Part shown: piece after piece, positions 27,595 through 37,531 of the stretch
How positions within the stretch are numbered: the first letter of the stretch is position 1
Layout: the number at the start of each line of letters is the position of its first letter
Assembly (NCBI GenBank): GCA_964424705.1
Contig: CAYRKB010000001.1
Coordinates: 22,575 to 86,574 of the forward strand
DNA length: 64,000 nt
Direction of reading: 5' to 3'
Origin: an uncultured Victivallales bacterium
GTDB lineage: Bacteria > Verrucomicrobiota > Kiritimatiellia > UBA8416 > CAYRKB01
Translations under genes and position numbers: made by a program
The notes under the pieces: model-generated
Told to the model about the DNA's origin: nothing
The model's input: the letters and a program-made list of their open reading frames with translations, nothing else
Database searches by the model: none

Positions 27595-28335
27595 ATGAGC
27601 ACGGTGCGGCTGGGTGTAAACATCGACCACGTGGCGACGATTCGCCAGGCGCGGAGGACCGTTTATCCCGATATTGTCGAGGCGGCGCGGGCCGTCAAGG
27701 CTGCGGGAGCGCACGGCATTACGGTGCATTTGCGTGAGGACCGGAGGCATATCCAGGACGCGGATGTGTATGTGCTGCGCAAGATGCCTGGCATCCGGAT
27801 GAATCTTGAAATGGCGAACAGCCCCGAGATTGTCGGGATCGCGTTGAAGGTGCGCCCGGACGAGGTCTGCCTTGTGCCGGAGCGACGCCAGGAACTGACG
27901 ACCGAGGGCGGGCTCAACGCGGCTGGCCAGAAAGGCGAGCTGGCCGGCCCGGTGCAGCAGCTCCGCGCGGCGGGCATCGCGGTGAGCCTCTTCATCGATC
28001 CGGATGCCGTGCAGGTGGAGGCGGCCGCGGAGCTTGGCGCGCCCTATGTTGAGCTGCACACCGGAACCTACTGTGACGCAGCCGCGCGTGACGCGGGGCG
28101 CGAGCTGGACCGGCTGGTCGCGGCGGCCGCGCGGGCACATGCCCTGGGGCTGAAGGTGAACGCGGGGCACGGAATCAATTTGCAGAACATCGTGGGCATT
28201 CTCGAAATCCCGCATCTTGATACGCTCAACATCGGGCATAGCCTGGTGGCCCGCGCGGTGTTCGTCGGCCTGACGGCGGCCACGCGCGAGATGATGGCGG
28301 CCATGGCCGAGTATCGCGGGGGGCGCCATGGTTGA
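27595..28335 (+). CDS. pdxJ: pyridoxine 5'-phosphate synthase
   Basis: The PdxJ signature is MSTVRLGVNIDHVATIRQAR...ITVHLREDRRHI...; length is 246 aa. Confidence 0.9.
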   Translation: MSTVRLGVNIDHVATIRQARRTVYPDIVEAARAVKAAGAHGITVHLREDRRHIQDADVYVLRKMPGIRMNLEMANSPEIVGIALKVRPDEVCLVPERRQELTTEGGLNAAGQKGELAGPVQQLRAAGIAVSLFIDPDAVQVEAAAELGAPYVELHTGTYCDAAARDAGRELDRLVAAAARAHALGLKVNAGHGINLQNIVGILEIPHLDTLNIGHSLVARAVFVGLTAATREMMAAMAEYRGGRHG

Positions 28336-28723
28336 AGGGCGCGTACTTGGGACCGGCGTGGACCTGGTTGAGAACGAACGCATCGCGGATGTGATGCAGC
28401 GCTGGGACAGGCGCTTTGCCGACCGCGTGTTTCTGCCCGAGGAGCAGCGTTACTGCAGGGGGAAGGCTTTTCCTTTCATGCATCTTGCGGCCCGTTTTGC
28501 GGTGAAGGAAGCGGTTTCGAAGGCTTTCGGAACAGGTTTTGGACCCAGTATCGGATGGCTCGATATCGAAGTGGTGCGCAATGAGGAGACCGGCGCGCCC
28601 TCGGTGCGACTGCGGGGCAAGGCTGAAGAATTGGCCCGGGCCAACGGCGTGGGGCAGGTGCTGGTGAGCCTTGCGCACACCCGGAAATACTCCGTGGCGA
28701 CCGCGCTCCTGATTGCGCAGTGA
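28328..28723 (+). CDS. acpS: holo-[acyl-carrier-protein] synthase
   Basis: The motifs GTGVDLVENERI...FAVKEAVSKAFG match 4'-phosphopantetheinyl transferase AcpS. The gene overlaps the pdxJ end, a conserved pdxJ-acpS linkage. Confidence 0.85.
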   Translation: MVEGRVLGTGVDLVENERIADVMQRWDRRFADRVFLPEEQRYCRGKAFPFMHLAARFAVKEAVSKAFGTGFGPSIGWLDIEVVRNEETGAPSVRLRGKAEELARANGVGQVLVSLAHTRKYSVATALLIAQ

Positions 28724-28727
28724 TCTT

Positions 28728-30290
28728 ATGAAGACCGTGACAACCACCCAGATGCGCGAACTGGACCGGCGCATGATCGAGGAGCTTCACGTCCCGGGCG
28801 AAGTACTCATGGAGCGCGCCGGAGAGGGCGTGGCTCGCCATGTCCGTGCGCTGGCGCAGGAGTCCGGCCGCGGCGCGTGCCTCATCACCCTCGTCGCAGG
28901 AAAGGGGAACAACGGCGGCGATGCGCTGGTCGCGGCGCGGCTGCTTGCGGCGTGGGGCTTCCCTGTGCGCGTATGGCTTGCAGCGCGCCTCGGCGACCTG
29001 GCGGGGGATGCGCTTCGCAATGCGCGGCGGCTCGTCGATGCGGGGCACGCGATTGAGGAGCGGTCCGCGGAGGCCGCGTGGGACGCGGGCGCCCACGAGT
29101 TGATCGAAGGCATCGTGGTGGATGGCGTCTTCGGGACGGGGTTCGGCGGGCCGGCGCGAGGGGTGGGCGCCGCCGCAATCCGCTGCGTAAACCGGATGTC
29201 GGCGCGTAGCCCGGTTGTGGCCATCGATGTCCCGTCCGGGCTTGATGCGGATACAGGCCGGGCGGAGGGCGATGTCGTCAAAGCAGACGTTACGGTTACG
29301 CTGGCCTTCCCCAAGGCGGGGCTGCTTGTGCCACAGGCGGTGGATTGTGTGGGGAGCCTGAGCGTTGTCGATATCGGGATCCCCGCGCATCTCACCGCAG
29401 AATGGGCTCCGGACGTTGCTCTGATCACCGCTGAGGATTTGCGCCCGCTCTTTGCCCGGCGGCACCGCGCTTCCCACAAGGGCAGCTACGGCCATGCGCT
29501 GATTATTGGCGGCTCGGCCGGCTATTCCGGCGCCGTCTCGATGGCGGCGGCCGCAGCGGTGCGCTCGGGCGTGGGGCTGGTGAGCGTGCTGGTTCCGCAG
29601 CGCCTGGCGCAGGCCGTGGCGGCCGTTGTGCCGGAGGCCATGGTGCACCCGGGCGAGGAAACGCCGTCGGGTGAACTTGCGCCGGATGCCCTGTCCAGAT
29701 TGAAGCGCGGCCTCTCGGATTTCGACGCGGTCCTGATGGGGCCGGGCATGACGGCGGAGCCCTCCACTCGGCTGATTTTGGACAAGGCGCTCGCCAGCGG
29801 CTGCGGTTGCCTCGTGCTCGATGCGGATGCGCTCAGCGTAATCGCCGGGCAGATGGATCTGACACGGCGCTGTACCGTTCCGCTGGCTCTCACGCCGCAT
29901 CCCGGCGAAATGGCGCGTATGATGCGTACCACGGCGGAGGAGATCCAGTCCGACCGGTTCGGCTTTACCCGGCGCGCTGCGGAGTTGACGCGCGGCGTTG
30001 TTGTGCTGAAGGGCGCGGGCACCGTGGTGGGCGAGCGCGAGGGGCCTCTGCGGGTGAATCTCACGGGAAACCCCGGCATGGCCCGTGGTGGCTCGGGCGA
30101 CGTGCTTGCGGGGCTGCTCTGCGGACTCGCGGCGCAAGGGATTTACCTCGGCGCTGCTGCGGCCGCCGCCGTCTACTTACACGGTCGGGCGGGGGACCTC
30201 GCGGCGCGGCACGGCACGCAGGCCGGGATGGCGGCGATGGACATTGTTCGATGCTTGCCGGAGGCGTTTCGCGACGTCACGTTCCGGTAA
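28728..30290 (+). CDS. nnr: bifunctional NAD(P)H-hydrate epimerase/dehydratase (YjeF-N/YjeF-C)
   Basis: The N-terminal YjeF_N region is AGKGNNGGDALVAARLL. The C-terminal carbohydrate-kinase-like region is GPG...GSGDVLAG. ATG at 28728 lies 5 nt after the acpS stop. Confidence 0.85.
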   Translation: MKTVTTTQMRELDRRMIEELHVPGEVLMERAGEGVARHVRALAQESGRGACLITLVAGKGNNGGDALVAARLLAAWGFPVRVWLAARLGDLAGDALRNARRLVDAGHAIEERSAEAAWDAGAHELIEGIVVDGVFGTGFGGPARGVGAAAIRCVNRMSARSPVVAIDVPSGLDADTGRAEGDVVKADVTVTLAFPKAGLLVPQAVDCVGSLSVVDIGIPAHLTAEWAPDVALITAEDLRPLFARRHRASHKGSYGHALIIGGSAGYSGAVSMAAAAAVRSGVGLVSVLVPQRLAQAVAAVVPEAMVHPGEETPSGELAPDALSRLKRGLSDFDAVLMGPGMTAEPSTRLILDKALASGCGCLVLDADALSVIAGQMDLTRRCTVPLALTPHPGEMARMMRTTAEEIQSDRFGFTRRAAELTRGVVVLKGAGTVVGEREGPLRVNLTGNPGMARGGSGDVLAGLLCGLAAQGIYLGAAAAAAVYLHGRAGDLAARHGTQAGMAAMDIVRCLPEAFRDVTFR

Positions 30291-30408
30291 GCGTTGAGGT
30301 GCGCGGGGCTTCACGCGTTGGCTGGCACGATTGGATCGAATCGCAGCTCGCCGGGCATTCCAAAGACGGCGAAGAGAGGGCGCTTTTGCGATACCTCGAA
30401 ACGCCGGA

Positions 30409-30437
30409 TTGACGCGTACGGCGCTTACGGCTAAACT
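30409..30437 (+). promoter_or_regulatory. candidate sigma-70-type promoter (TTGACG - 17 nt - TAAACT) upstream of the HAD-like/mazG genes
   Basis: This is the only good -35/-10 pair in the 200-bp gap and lies ~55 nt upstream of the 30494 start. Applying the E. coli-like consensus to this organism is an assumption. Confidence 0.3.
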
Positions 30438-30493
30438 CACAGCTCGCGTTGTTTCAGAGGAGGTTTGCAGTGGCATTCAAGAAAGAGGAGATC

Positions 30494-31186
30494 ATGGTAA
30501 AAACGACCAAAAGGCGTCCGTCGGCCGTTGTGTTTGAGCTGGAATACGTTGGAGCGAGCGGCCGTCAGGTTGTTTTCGATGCGCTGCGAAGCGTGTTGGA
30601 CAAGAAGGGGATCACTCTGACCGCGGAGCAGTTCGCTCACCTGTGTACGGAGAAGTATCCTCAGGATTACGTCGGCGCGCTGCTGAAGAATGCCGGGAAG
30701 GAGCGGTTCTCCGACGAGAAGGCCATTGAAGAGGTGAAGGCTGCGATTGCGGCAGGCTTCGCGAAGCCAGGCTTGAAGGCCGCTCCAGGGCTCAAGAAGA
30801 TACTTACGGCGGCGGCTGCGCAGGGAATGGCCGTTGGATGCGTAGGTTCGCTTGAGAAGGACGCGATGCAGGAGTTGGTCGTGGCCCTGGGACTAGGCGA
30901 GCCAGGCGTAACGATGTTGTCAAACGCCGGCGGCCGGTTGAGCGTACCGGGCGTTGAGTCGTGGATGAAGATCGCGCGAATGACGGGCGCGCACCCGTCA
31001 CGCTGCCTCGCTCTGGCGTCGTCTTCCTCATCGTGCCGGGCGGCGGTAAGGACCCACATGCACTGCGTGGCTGTGACGGACCGCTTCACGGAATGCGCGG
31101 ACTTCAGCGGCGTCGATTTCTGCGTCAAGTCCCTCGACGACCTGGTGCCTGCAGAAGCCTTTGCGTCGATAGAGACGGGTCTGTGA
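30494..31186 (+). CDS. HAD-superfamily-like protein with non-canonical nucleophile motif (FELEY instead of DxDGT)
   Basis: ATG at 30494 has an AGGAGA RBS. HAD motif II/IV-like segments (VGCVGSLEKD; ...HMHCVAVTD) are present, but the Asp nucleophile position is Glu-Leu-Glu. Confidence 0.5.
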   Translation: MVKTTKRRPSAVVFELEYVGASGRQVVFDALRSVLDKKGITLTAEQFAHLCTEKYPQDYVGALLKNAGKERFSDEKAIEEVKAAIAAGFAKPGLKAAPGLKKILTAAAAQGMAVGCVGSLEKDAMQELVVALGLGEPGVTMLSNAGGRLSVPGVESWMKIARMTGAHPSRCLALASSSSSCRAAVRTHMHCVAVTDRFTECADFSGVDFCVKSLDDLVPAEAFASIETGL

Positions 31187-32061
31187 CCGTACGGCGCGCG
31201 AAAGCGGCCGGCGGGCGGAAGCGAAGGCCGGGCCTCGATCGCCTGCTCAAGGTGGTGGCCACTCTGCGCGGGCAGGGGGGCTGCCCGTGGGACCGCGAGC
31301 AGACTCTGGAATCCCTCAAGCGTTACGTCATCGAGGAAAGCTACGAGCTTGTCGATGCCGTTGAGTCAGGCGACCCGGCCCGCCACTTGGAAGAGCTGGG
31401 AGACGTGCTGCTGCAGGTCGCGCTGCACGCCCAGATTCGCAGCGAGGAAGGGCGGTTCGCCTTCGACGACGTGGCGGCCGCGCTTGCCGACAAGCTGATC
31501 CGCCGCCATCCCCACGTCTACGGGCAGGCCAAGGCCCGTGACTCCGCGGCCGTCTTGAAGAACTGGGAAGTCATCAAGGCGGGCGAGAAGGCGTCCGGCC
31601 CGCGCTCGGTGGTGGAGGGTATTCCGCGCCACCTTCCCGCGCTGCACCGGGCGCAGCGCATCCAATCGCGCGTTGCGCGCGTCGGGTTCGACTGGAAGCG
31701 CGTCGACGCCGTGCTTGAAAAGGTGGAAGAGGAGATCGGCGAGCTGCGCGCCGCGATGAAGCGCAAGAACGCACGCATGGTGCGCGAGGAGATCGGCGAC
31801 CTTCTCTTCACGATTGTCAATTTCTGCCGCTTCCAGAACGTTGACGCTGAAGAGGCCCTTGAGCTGACGATCAACAAGTTCCTCGCCCGATTCCGGATTG
31901 TGGAGGCGCGCGTGTTTGCGTCGGGACGCAAGCTGACCGACTGCACGCTGAAGGAACTCGACGGCTACTGGGATGACGCCAAGCGGGAGCTGCGCGCCCC
32001 GGCGCGCAGGAGGAAGCGCAGCGGGCCCGCGCAGAAGCGTGGGGCGAAGACGGGGAAATGA
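31183..32061 (+). CDS. mazG: nucleoside triphosphate pyrophosphohydrolase MazG
   Basis: Two MazG repeats with EExxE/ELGDxL motifs are present (...ESYELVDAVESGD...ELGDVLLQV...; ...EEEIGELRAAM...EIGDLLFTIVN). The GTG start overlaps the upstream TGA. The track ORF 30961..32061 includes an out-of-frame upstream extension. Confidence 0.85.
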   Translation: MTVRRAKAAGGRKRRPGLDRLLKVVATLRGQGGCPWDREQTLESLKRYVIEESYELVDAVESGDPARHLEELGDVLLQVALHAQIRSEEGRFAFDDVAAALADKLIRRHPHVYGQAKARDSAAVLKNWEVIKAGEKASGPRSVVEGIPRHLPALHRAQRIQSRVARVGFDWKRVDAVLEKVEEEIGELRAAMKRKNARMVREEIGDLLFTIVNFCRFQNVDAEEALELTINKFLARFRIVEARVFASGRKLTDCTLKELDGYWDDAKRELRAPARRRKRSGPAQKRGAKTGK

Positions 32062-32197
32062 CAAAGAGGGCATCGGCGGCTGTCTCTGGCGATTCCCCCC
32101 GCACGTAGGGTTGCGGATTCGCTCCGCCGTTCCTTCTTCTCTCTTGCATCATGAAATCCGTGCCAGGGGACATCCGGGCCAAGGTGATCGGGACGCC

Positions 32198-34039
32198 ATG
32201 ACAGAATATCGGGCACTGATGGACCGGATGGGGAGCGGCTGGAATACGTGGTATGTGAAGAGCATGCTTGCGCACGTGCTCATGCCGGAGGGCCTGGTGA
32301 TCAACCTTGGCCTGAAGGAGTATCGCGGCGGACAGCATCTGCGAGAGATCTTGAAGGGCCCCATTAACGTCGTTCCGGGATTGCGTTCCTATGACGGCGC
32401 CTATACGGACCTGACGCTCACCTGGGAAGACATCGGGCTGCGGGTGCAAACCGGGTTGGACGGCGACGATTGGGTCGCGCTGGTGACCCCGCTTGCCATG
32501 CAGAAGTGCCCGGCGCTGCTTGTGGCGGAATGCGGCTTGCTCTGGAACCGACCCGGCTCGTGGCGATGGGAAGGCGGCATCCTGCGCGGCGAAGCAGGCG
32601 CGCGGCGCGTCGATCTCTTCACCACAGCGGCCCCGGTCCCGGAGGGATGTCTATGGGCGCTGTCGCCCTACCTGGCCGTGTCCCTCGCGGGGACTGTGGG
32701 GTTGAGCACGGGGCGGGCGAGAAGCCTGGCGGACATCGAGACGATTCTGGCAAGGCAGCGGGGCATTGAGGAGCAGCGCATGGCCCGGTACGGCGAGCTG
32801 GCCGAGGTGGCGCGCGCCACCCGCGCGGTGCTCGCCTGGAACACCATCTATGACCCTGTCCGGCGCCGCGTGATCACGCCCGTGGCGCGCACCTGGTGCA
32901 GCACCCACGGATGGGTCCTGTTCGAGTGGGATACGTTTTTTGCGGCGTACATGCTGTCGCTGGACAATCCGGATCTGGCCATGGCGAACGCGATCGCCAT
33001 TACCAGCGAGATCACGCCGGAGGGGCTGGTTCCCAATTTCGTCAACGCCACCGGCTTTTCCAGCCGGGATCGATCCGAGCCGCCGGTCGGCGCGTGGGTG
33101 TGCCGGGAGATCTATCGTGGCCATCGCGTTCGCTGGTTCCTGGAGGAAGTCTACCCGAACCTGCTGACCTGGAACCGCTGGTGGTGGCGGGCGCGCCGCA
33201 ACAACGGCGACCTGCTGTCCTGGGGATCCACACCCTACGAGTCTGTCTACGATGCCTACTGGGAGAAGAACGGCGTAAATGAGCGGTTCGGCGCGTCGCT
33301 GGAGTCGGGCCTCGACAATTCGCCCATGTATGACGATGTGCCTTTCGACAGCAGCCGGCACGTCCTGCAAATGTGGGACGTGGGGCTGAACGGGCTGTAC
33401 GTCGCGGACTGCGAGGCGCTCGCCGACATCGCCGATGTCCTGGGCCGCACCGCGGAGGGCGCGGAACTTCGGACGCGAGCCGAGGCCGTGCGCGCTGGCA
33501 TGTCCGCGGAGCTGTGGGACGGGCCGTTTGGCCTCTTCCTGAACAAGCGCGTGGATACGGGCGAATTGAGCCGGCGCATTTCTCCGACGAATTTCTATGC
33601 CCTCCTCGCGCAGGCGGCGACGCCCGGGCAGGCGGAGCGAATGATTCGCGAGCACTTCTACAATCCGGCTGAGTTTTGGGGCGAGTGGGTTCTGCCCTCG
33701 ATTGCGCGCAACGACCCTGCCTACCCGGAGCAGAGCTACTGGCGCGGAAGGATCTGGGGCCCCATGAACTTCCTGGTCTACGTGAGTCTACGCCGCTGCG
33801 GACAGGCCCAGGCGCGCCTGGACCTTGTGGAGAAGTCCATGGCGCTGCTGCTGAAGAGCTGGCGCTCGCACGGTCATGTGCTCGAGAACTACAACGCCGA
33901 GACCGGCGACAACAGCGTCGCGCAAGGCAAAGCCGGCGGGGACTCATTCTACTACTGGGGCGGCTTGCTGGGCACCATTGCGCTCATGGAGGCGGGCTAC
34001 TACCCTTCGCCCGAGGCGCCGCTCGGCGGGGAAAGGTGA
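32198..34039 (+). CDS. GH63-like six-hairpin (alpha/alpha)6 glycoside hydrolase with N-terminal beta-sandwich domain (YgjK-like)
   Basis: Aromatic-rich toroid signatures are present (...WGPMNFLVYVSL..., ENYNAETG, YYWGGL). ATG at 32198 (MTEYRALMDRMGSGW) is chosen; the track start is at 31973. Confidence 0.7.
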   Translation: MTEYRALMDRMGSGWNTWYVKSMLAHVLMPEGLVINLGLKEYRGGQHLREILKGPINVVPGLRSYDGAYTDLTLTWEDIGLRVQTGLDGDDWVALVTPLAMQKCPALLVAECGLLWNRPGSWRWEGGILRGEAGARRVDLFTTAAPVPEGCLWALSPYLAVSLAGTVGLSTGRARSLADIETILARQRGIEEQRMARYGELAEVARATRAVLAWNTIYDPVRRRVITPVARTWCSTHGWVLFEWDTFFAAYMLSLDNPDLAMANAIAITSEITPEGLVPNFVNATGFSSRDRSEPPVGAWVCREIYRGHRVRWFLEEVYPNLLTWNRWWWRARRNNGDLLSWGSTPYESVYDAYWEKNGVNERFGASLESGLDNSPMYDDVPFDSSRHVLQMWDVGLNGLYVADCEALADIADVLGRTAEGAELRTRAEAVRAGMSAELWDGPFGLFLNKRVDTGELSRRISPTNFYALLAQAATPGQAERMIREHFYNPAEFWGEWVLPSIARNDPAYPEQSYWRGRIWGPMNFLVYVSLRRCGQAQARLDLVEKSMALLLKSWRSHGHVLENYNAETGDNSVAQGKAGGDSFYYWGGLLGTIALMEAGYYPSPEAPLGGER

Positions 34040-34153
34040 TCGGGCGGTGCGTTCGCCCCATCGGCCACGGATGTCGGGATTGCGGCGCCGCGATCTTTTG
34101 AGTAATCTCCGGCCCCGTGGACCGAATCGTCCGCGAGAAGGAGCTGAGTTCGC

Positions 34154-35359
34154 ATGCAATCAGACGCTGATATCCTGCTTCGCCATTTCGAGCGCTTGCG
34201 CCCCCTGGTCGTCAAGCCGGCCAACGGCTTCATCCGGTATCCGTACTGCATTCCGGGCGGATTCTACCAGCAGCAATGGGACTGGGATGGATTCTTCATT
34301 GCGACCCACCTGGCGGGGCGTACGCCCGCCCAGCCGGAGTACCTCAAGTACTGGGCGTTGAACTTCCTGGGGGCCGCCCTGCCAGGCGGCGAGATGTCCG
34401 CGTGCGTCAGCCCCGGGGGGCCAACGCCGGGACACGCATCGCTGCATATGAAGCCGTTTCTGGCGCAGGGCGCTGAGCTGGGCGCCCGGCTGCTTGGCGA
34501 CCGTTCCTGGCTGGCGGAGCATTACGAGTCCGTCGTGCGCATTGCCACGCGGCGGGAGACCACGCACTTTCACCCCGGGTGCGGGCTGTTTGCCTGGGAC
34601 GACGCGATGCAGTCGGGGGCGGACAACAACCCCGCGGTCGGCAACGATCCCGCCTCGGCGCGCCGGATCGCATCCTGCGACGTGAACGCCTTCCAGTGGC
34701 GCGAATACCTTGCCCTGGCGCGCATCGCGGCGGATCTCGGAAAGCCCGGGGACGCAGAGAAATTCAACCAGAAGGCCGCCGCGCTTGCGGCCGCGGTCAA
34801 CGCCCGCCTGTGGGACGCGGCGGCAGAGTCGTACTGGAATGTTGACACGCGATCGGGCGAGATGGTTCGCCGCGTCTCGTACTCCAATTTCGTGCCGCTG
34901 TGGGCCTGCATGGTTCCGGCCGACCGGGCGCGGGCCATGATCCGGCGCTATCTGTGGACCGAGGCGCACCTGCTGACGCCGTTCGGGCTGCGCTCGCTGT
35001 CGAAGGCGGATCCCGAGTACAACAACGAGAACATCATTATCCCGTACTCGAACTGGCAGGGCCCGGTCTGGCCGATTGCCAACTACTTCTACTTCGCGGC
35101 GCTGACGAGCTATGGCTTCGCGTCCGAGGCGCAGGAGCTGGTCCGGCGGCTTGTGGCGCTCTATTTGCGCGACATCGAATTCTGCGGCTCGCTGCATGAG
35201 AACTACGACGCCGAGACCGGCGCGCCGCTGGCGCCATCCGCTTCGCAGTCCAAGTCGGGCCTCGAGGGCGGCTTTATCGGGTGGAACCTGCTTCTTCAGG
35301 ACATGATGGAGATGGCCGACGGCCGGGCTTCTCTGCTTGCTCTTCAGCCGCAGGGGTGA
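34154..35359 (+). CDS. GH63-family hydrolase, short bacterial form (mannosylglycerate/glucosylglycerate hydrolase-like)
   Basis: It has 401 aa and a catalytic toroid only (...WQGPVWPIANYFYF..., HENYDAETG). It is a paralogue of the preceding gene. Confidence 0.7.
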   Translation: MQSDADILLRHFERLRPLVVKPANGFIRYPYCIPGGFYQQQWDWDGFFIATHLAGRTPAQPEYLKYWALNFLGAALPGGEMSACVSPGGPTPGHASLHMKPFLAQGAELGARLLGDRSWLAEHYESVVRIATRRETTHFHPGCGLFAWDDAMQSGADNNPAVGNDPASARRIASCDVNAFQWREYLALARIAADLGKPGDAEKFNQKAAALAAAVNARLWDAAAESYWNVDTRSGEMVRRVSYSNFVPLWACMVPADRARAMIRRYLWTEAHLLTPFGLRSLSKADPEYNNENIIIPYSNWQGPVWPIANYFYFAALTSYGFASEAQELVRRLVALYLRDIEFCGSLHENYDAETGAPLAPSASQSKSGLEGGFIGWNLLLQDMMEMADGRASLLALQPQG

Positions 35360-35451
35360 GGGGGGAGCGGGCCCGGCATTCCCTGGCAACCACGACGCCC
35401 GGCGTAACGCGAGCTGCTTGCAGAGACGTGATGCGCGGCCCGATCGCCCGC

Positions 35452-37353
35452 CTATTCTTCCGCCGCTCTCCGTGCGCGGGCTCGCACTGTGCCGATGACA
35501 ATGCGCGGGGGCGGCGGCGCCTCCTGCGGCGAGGACGAGGGAGCGCCCGGGATCATGTGCCGATCGATGGCCGCCGCGGCGTGGTCCTTGATGGTCAGCG
35601 CCCGCCGGAACTCCGCGAGTTCCTTCTCCAGCCGCAGAATCGTGTTGCGGAGCTCAAGGGCCAGGGGGTGCGCGAGCTCCGCGGCCGTAAGCTTTGTCCC
35701 CGTGCGGCAGTTCGTGACGGCTGCGCCCGGCTGCGCGGAGCCGTCCTTCACGAGATGGGAAACGGCGAGCAGGTTTACGGGGCCATACCCGGTGCCGTCG
35801 ACGAGCTGGATGCTCCACTCCATGCAAAGCTCCGGGACCTCGCGCGCCTTGCGCCACGGCGCCCCGTCCCGCGCAACCTCGGTGTCGGGCGCGATGCGAC
35901 AGTCAGCGGCCCACGCATACATCTCGGTGGTTGAGACCGGGCCATAGACAGATTCGCCGAACTTGGCTGTCCATCGCGCGGGCTCGGCAATCGCGCGCAG
36001 AGACGAGAGGTCCCGCGCGAAATCGGCGGCGGCGCGCTCCTGAGCGGCGCGCACTTCACGGACTTCAGCGCGCAGCGCGCCGTTTTCCCGCTGCCGTGCG
36101 GCGGCATCCCGGTCGGACTCGTCTGCCCGGTGTCTTGCCGCCCGCAGAGCCTTCTCCGTTTCGGCGCGCTGCTGCTCCGCAGCCTCAAGATTCAGGGACA
36201 GACGCTCGCCCTGCGCGGCGCCCGCAGCCTGCTCCTGCCGCAGCGCTTCGGCGGCGCGTTGTGCCCCGGCGAGTTCGCTTTGCAGGGCGGCCGCGCGGGA
36301 CAGCGAGTCTGTCTGCCGGGCTTCGAACTCCGCGCCGGCCTGGCGCAGCTGGCGGATTTCCGCAGCGCCCTTCTGCGCCTGGATGGCAAACTCGTCTTTC
36401 GCCTGGATCAGGCACTTCTTGAGATTCTCGACGTCCTGCCGCAGCGCTTCAGAGGCGCGCTGCGTCCCGGCGAATTCGCTCTGCAGGGCTGCCATGCGGG
36501 CCTGCATGTCCGCATGCCGGGTTTCAAGGCTCTCGTTGAGAAGCTGAAGCGCGCGCGCCTCCGCAGCGCCTTTTTGGGCCTGTTCAGCGGCATGGCCATT
36601 CGCCTGATCCATGCTCCTTTTATGATTTGTCGCCGCCTTCTTGAGCTCCTCGTTCTCGCGGCGGAGGTTGGCGAGCGCCTTGGTGGCCTTGGCATTCGCA
36701 TCCGTGGCGACTTCGCTGTCGGCCGTATTCTTTTTCTGGCGCTGCAGTTCGATGCGGGCGGCTTCAAGGAGCAGGTTGGCGGTGTGCAGGTCGTCCTGCG
36801 CTTTGTCGAGGCGCCCGGCGGATAGGGCGAGCTCGTCCGCGTGGCGGGCCTGCGCTCGCTCCAGTTCGCTGAGGCGCGCGTGCAGGGCCTTGACTTCCTC
36901 CTGCGCAGCGGCGGGTTGGCCGGTCGCAGTGGCCGGGTCGGACGGCGGCAGCGCGAAACTCCCCTGGGAAGAAGACGCTTCGAGACCGGCCGGGTTGACG
37001 AACGACGCGACCGCCACCGTGCGGCCGGTCAACCGATGCGTCAGCGTGCAGGCGGGATCGAGGAGACCGTGCTGGATAAGGTGCGGCACGGCGAGCAGAT
37101 TGAATGGTCCGAATTCCTTGCCGTCGACCCGGCGGCCGAGCCACTCCATTTTCAGGTCCGGCAGGTTTGTGGCCGGCATCCACAGCTTGCGGTCGTGCGA
37201 CACCTCGTCGCCCCCGGCCACGCGCCCGGCCTCGGCCCATTGCGCGAGGACGAGGTAGGAGACCGGCCCGTACACGTTGGCGCCCGGCGTGCGAAGGTAG
37301 AACTGAAGCTCGTTCAGGACCGCCGCGCTAGGTCTGTAATCCTTCTCTGACAT
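35452..37353 (-). CDS. coiled-coil protein with N- and C-terminal GYF-like (DUF4339) domain pairs; paralogue of 21092..24718
   Basis: The N-terminus is ...VYGPVSYLVLAQWAEAGRV...LPDLKMEW...GPFNLLAVPHLIQHG. The C-terminus is ...VYGPVSTTEMYAWAADCRIAP...ELCMEW...GPVNLLAVSHLVKDG. The middle contains ~60-aa degenerate coiled-coil repeats (KGAAEARALQ...). An ATG at 37353 was verified. Confidence 0.75.
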   Translation of the reverse strand: MSEKDYRPSAAVLNELQFYLRTPGANVYGPVSYLVLAQWAEAGRVAGGDEVSHDRKLWMPATNLPDLKMEWLGRRVDGKEFGPFNLLAVPHLIQHGLLDPACTLTHRLTGRTVAVASFVNPAGLEASSSQGSFALPPSDPATATGQPAAAQEEVKALHARLSELERAQARHADELALSAGRLDKAQDDLHTANLLLEAARIELQRQKKNTADSEVATDANAKATKALANLRRENEELKKAATNHKRSMDQANGHAAEQAQKGAAEARALQLLNESLETRHADMQARMAALQSEFAGTQRASEALRQDVENLKKCLIQAKDEFAIQAQKGAAEIRQLRQAGAEFEARQTDSLSRAAALQSELAGAQRAAEALRQEQAAGAAQGERLSLNLEAAEQQRAETEKALRAARHRADESDRDAAARQRENGALRAEVREVRAAQERAAADFARDLSSLRAIAEPARWTAKFGESVYGPVSTTEMYAWAADCRIAPDTEVARDGAPWRKAREVPELCMEWSIQLVDGTGYGPVNLLAVSHLVKDGSAQPGAAVTNCRTGTKLTAAELAHPLALELRNTILRLEKELAEFRRALTIKDHAAAAIDRHMIPGAPSSSPQEAPPPPRIVIGTVRARARRAAEE

Positions 37354-37531
37354 GATCGTGGGTGCCCCGCGGGTTATGCGCAGTGGCGGGGATCATGCAG
37401 GGGAAACGACAAAAGGTCAAGAATGTGACCTTCCGGCTAGAATACCATTGCGGCCTGCGCGCCGCTCCTGTATAAGAAGCGGCTCTAAAAAAAGACCCCG
37501 TCTGTTTTGTGTTGGCAGAGCCCATGCGTAA

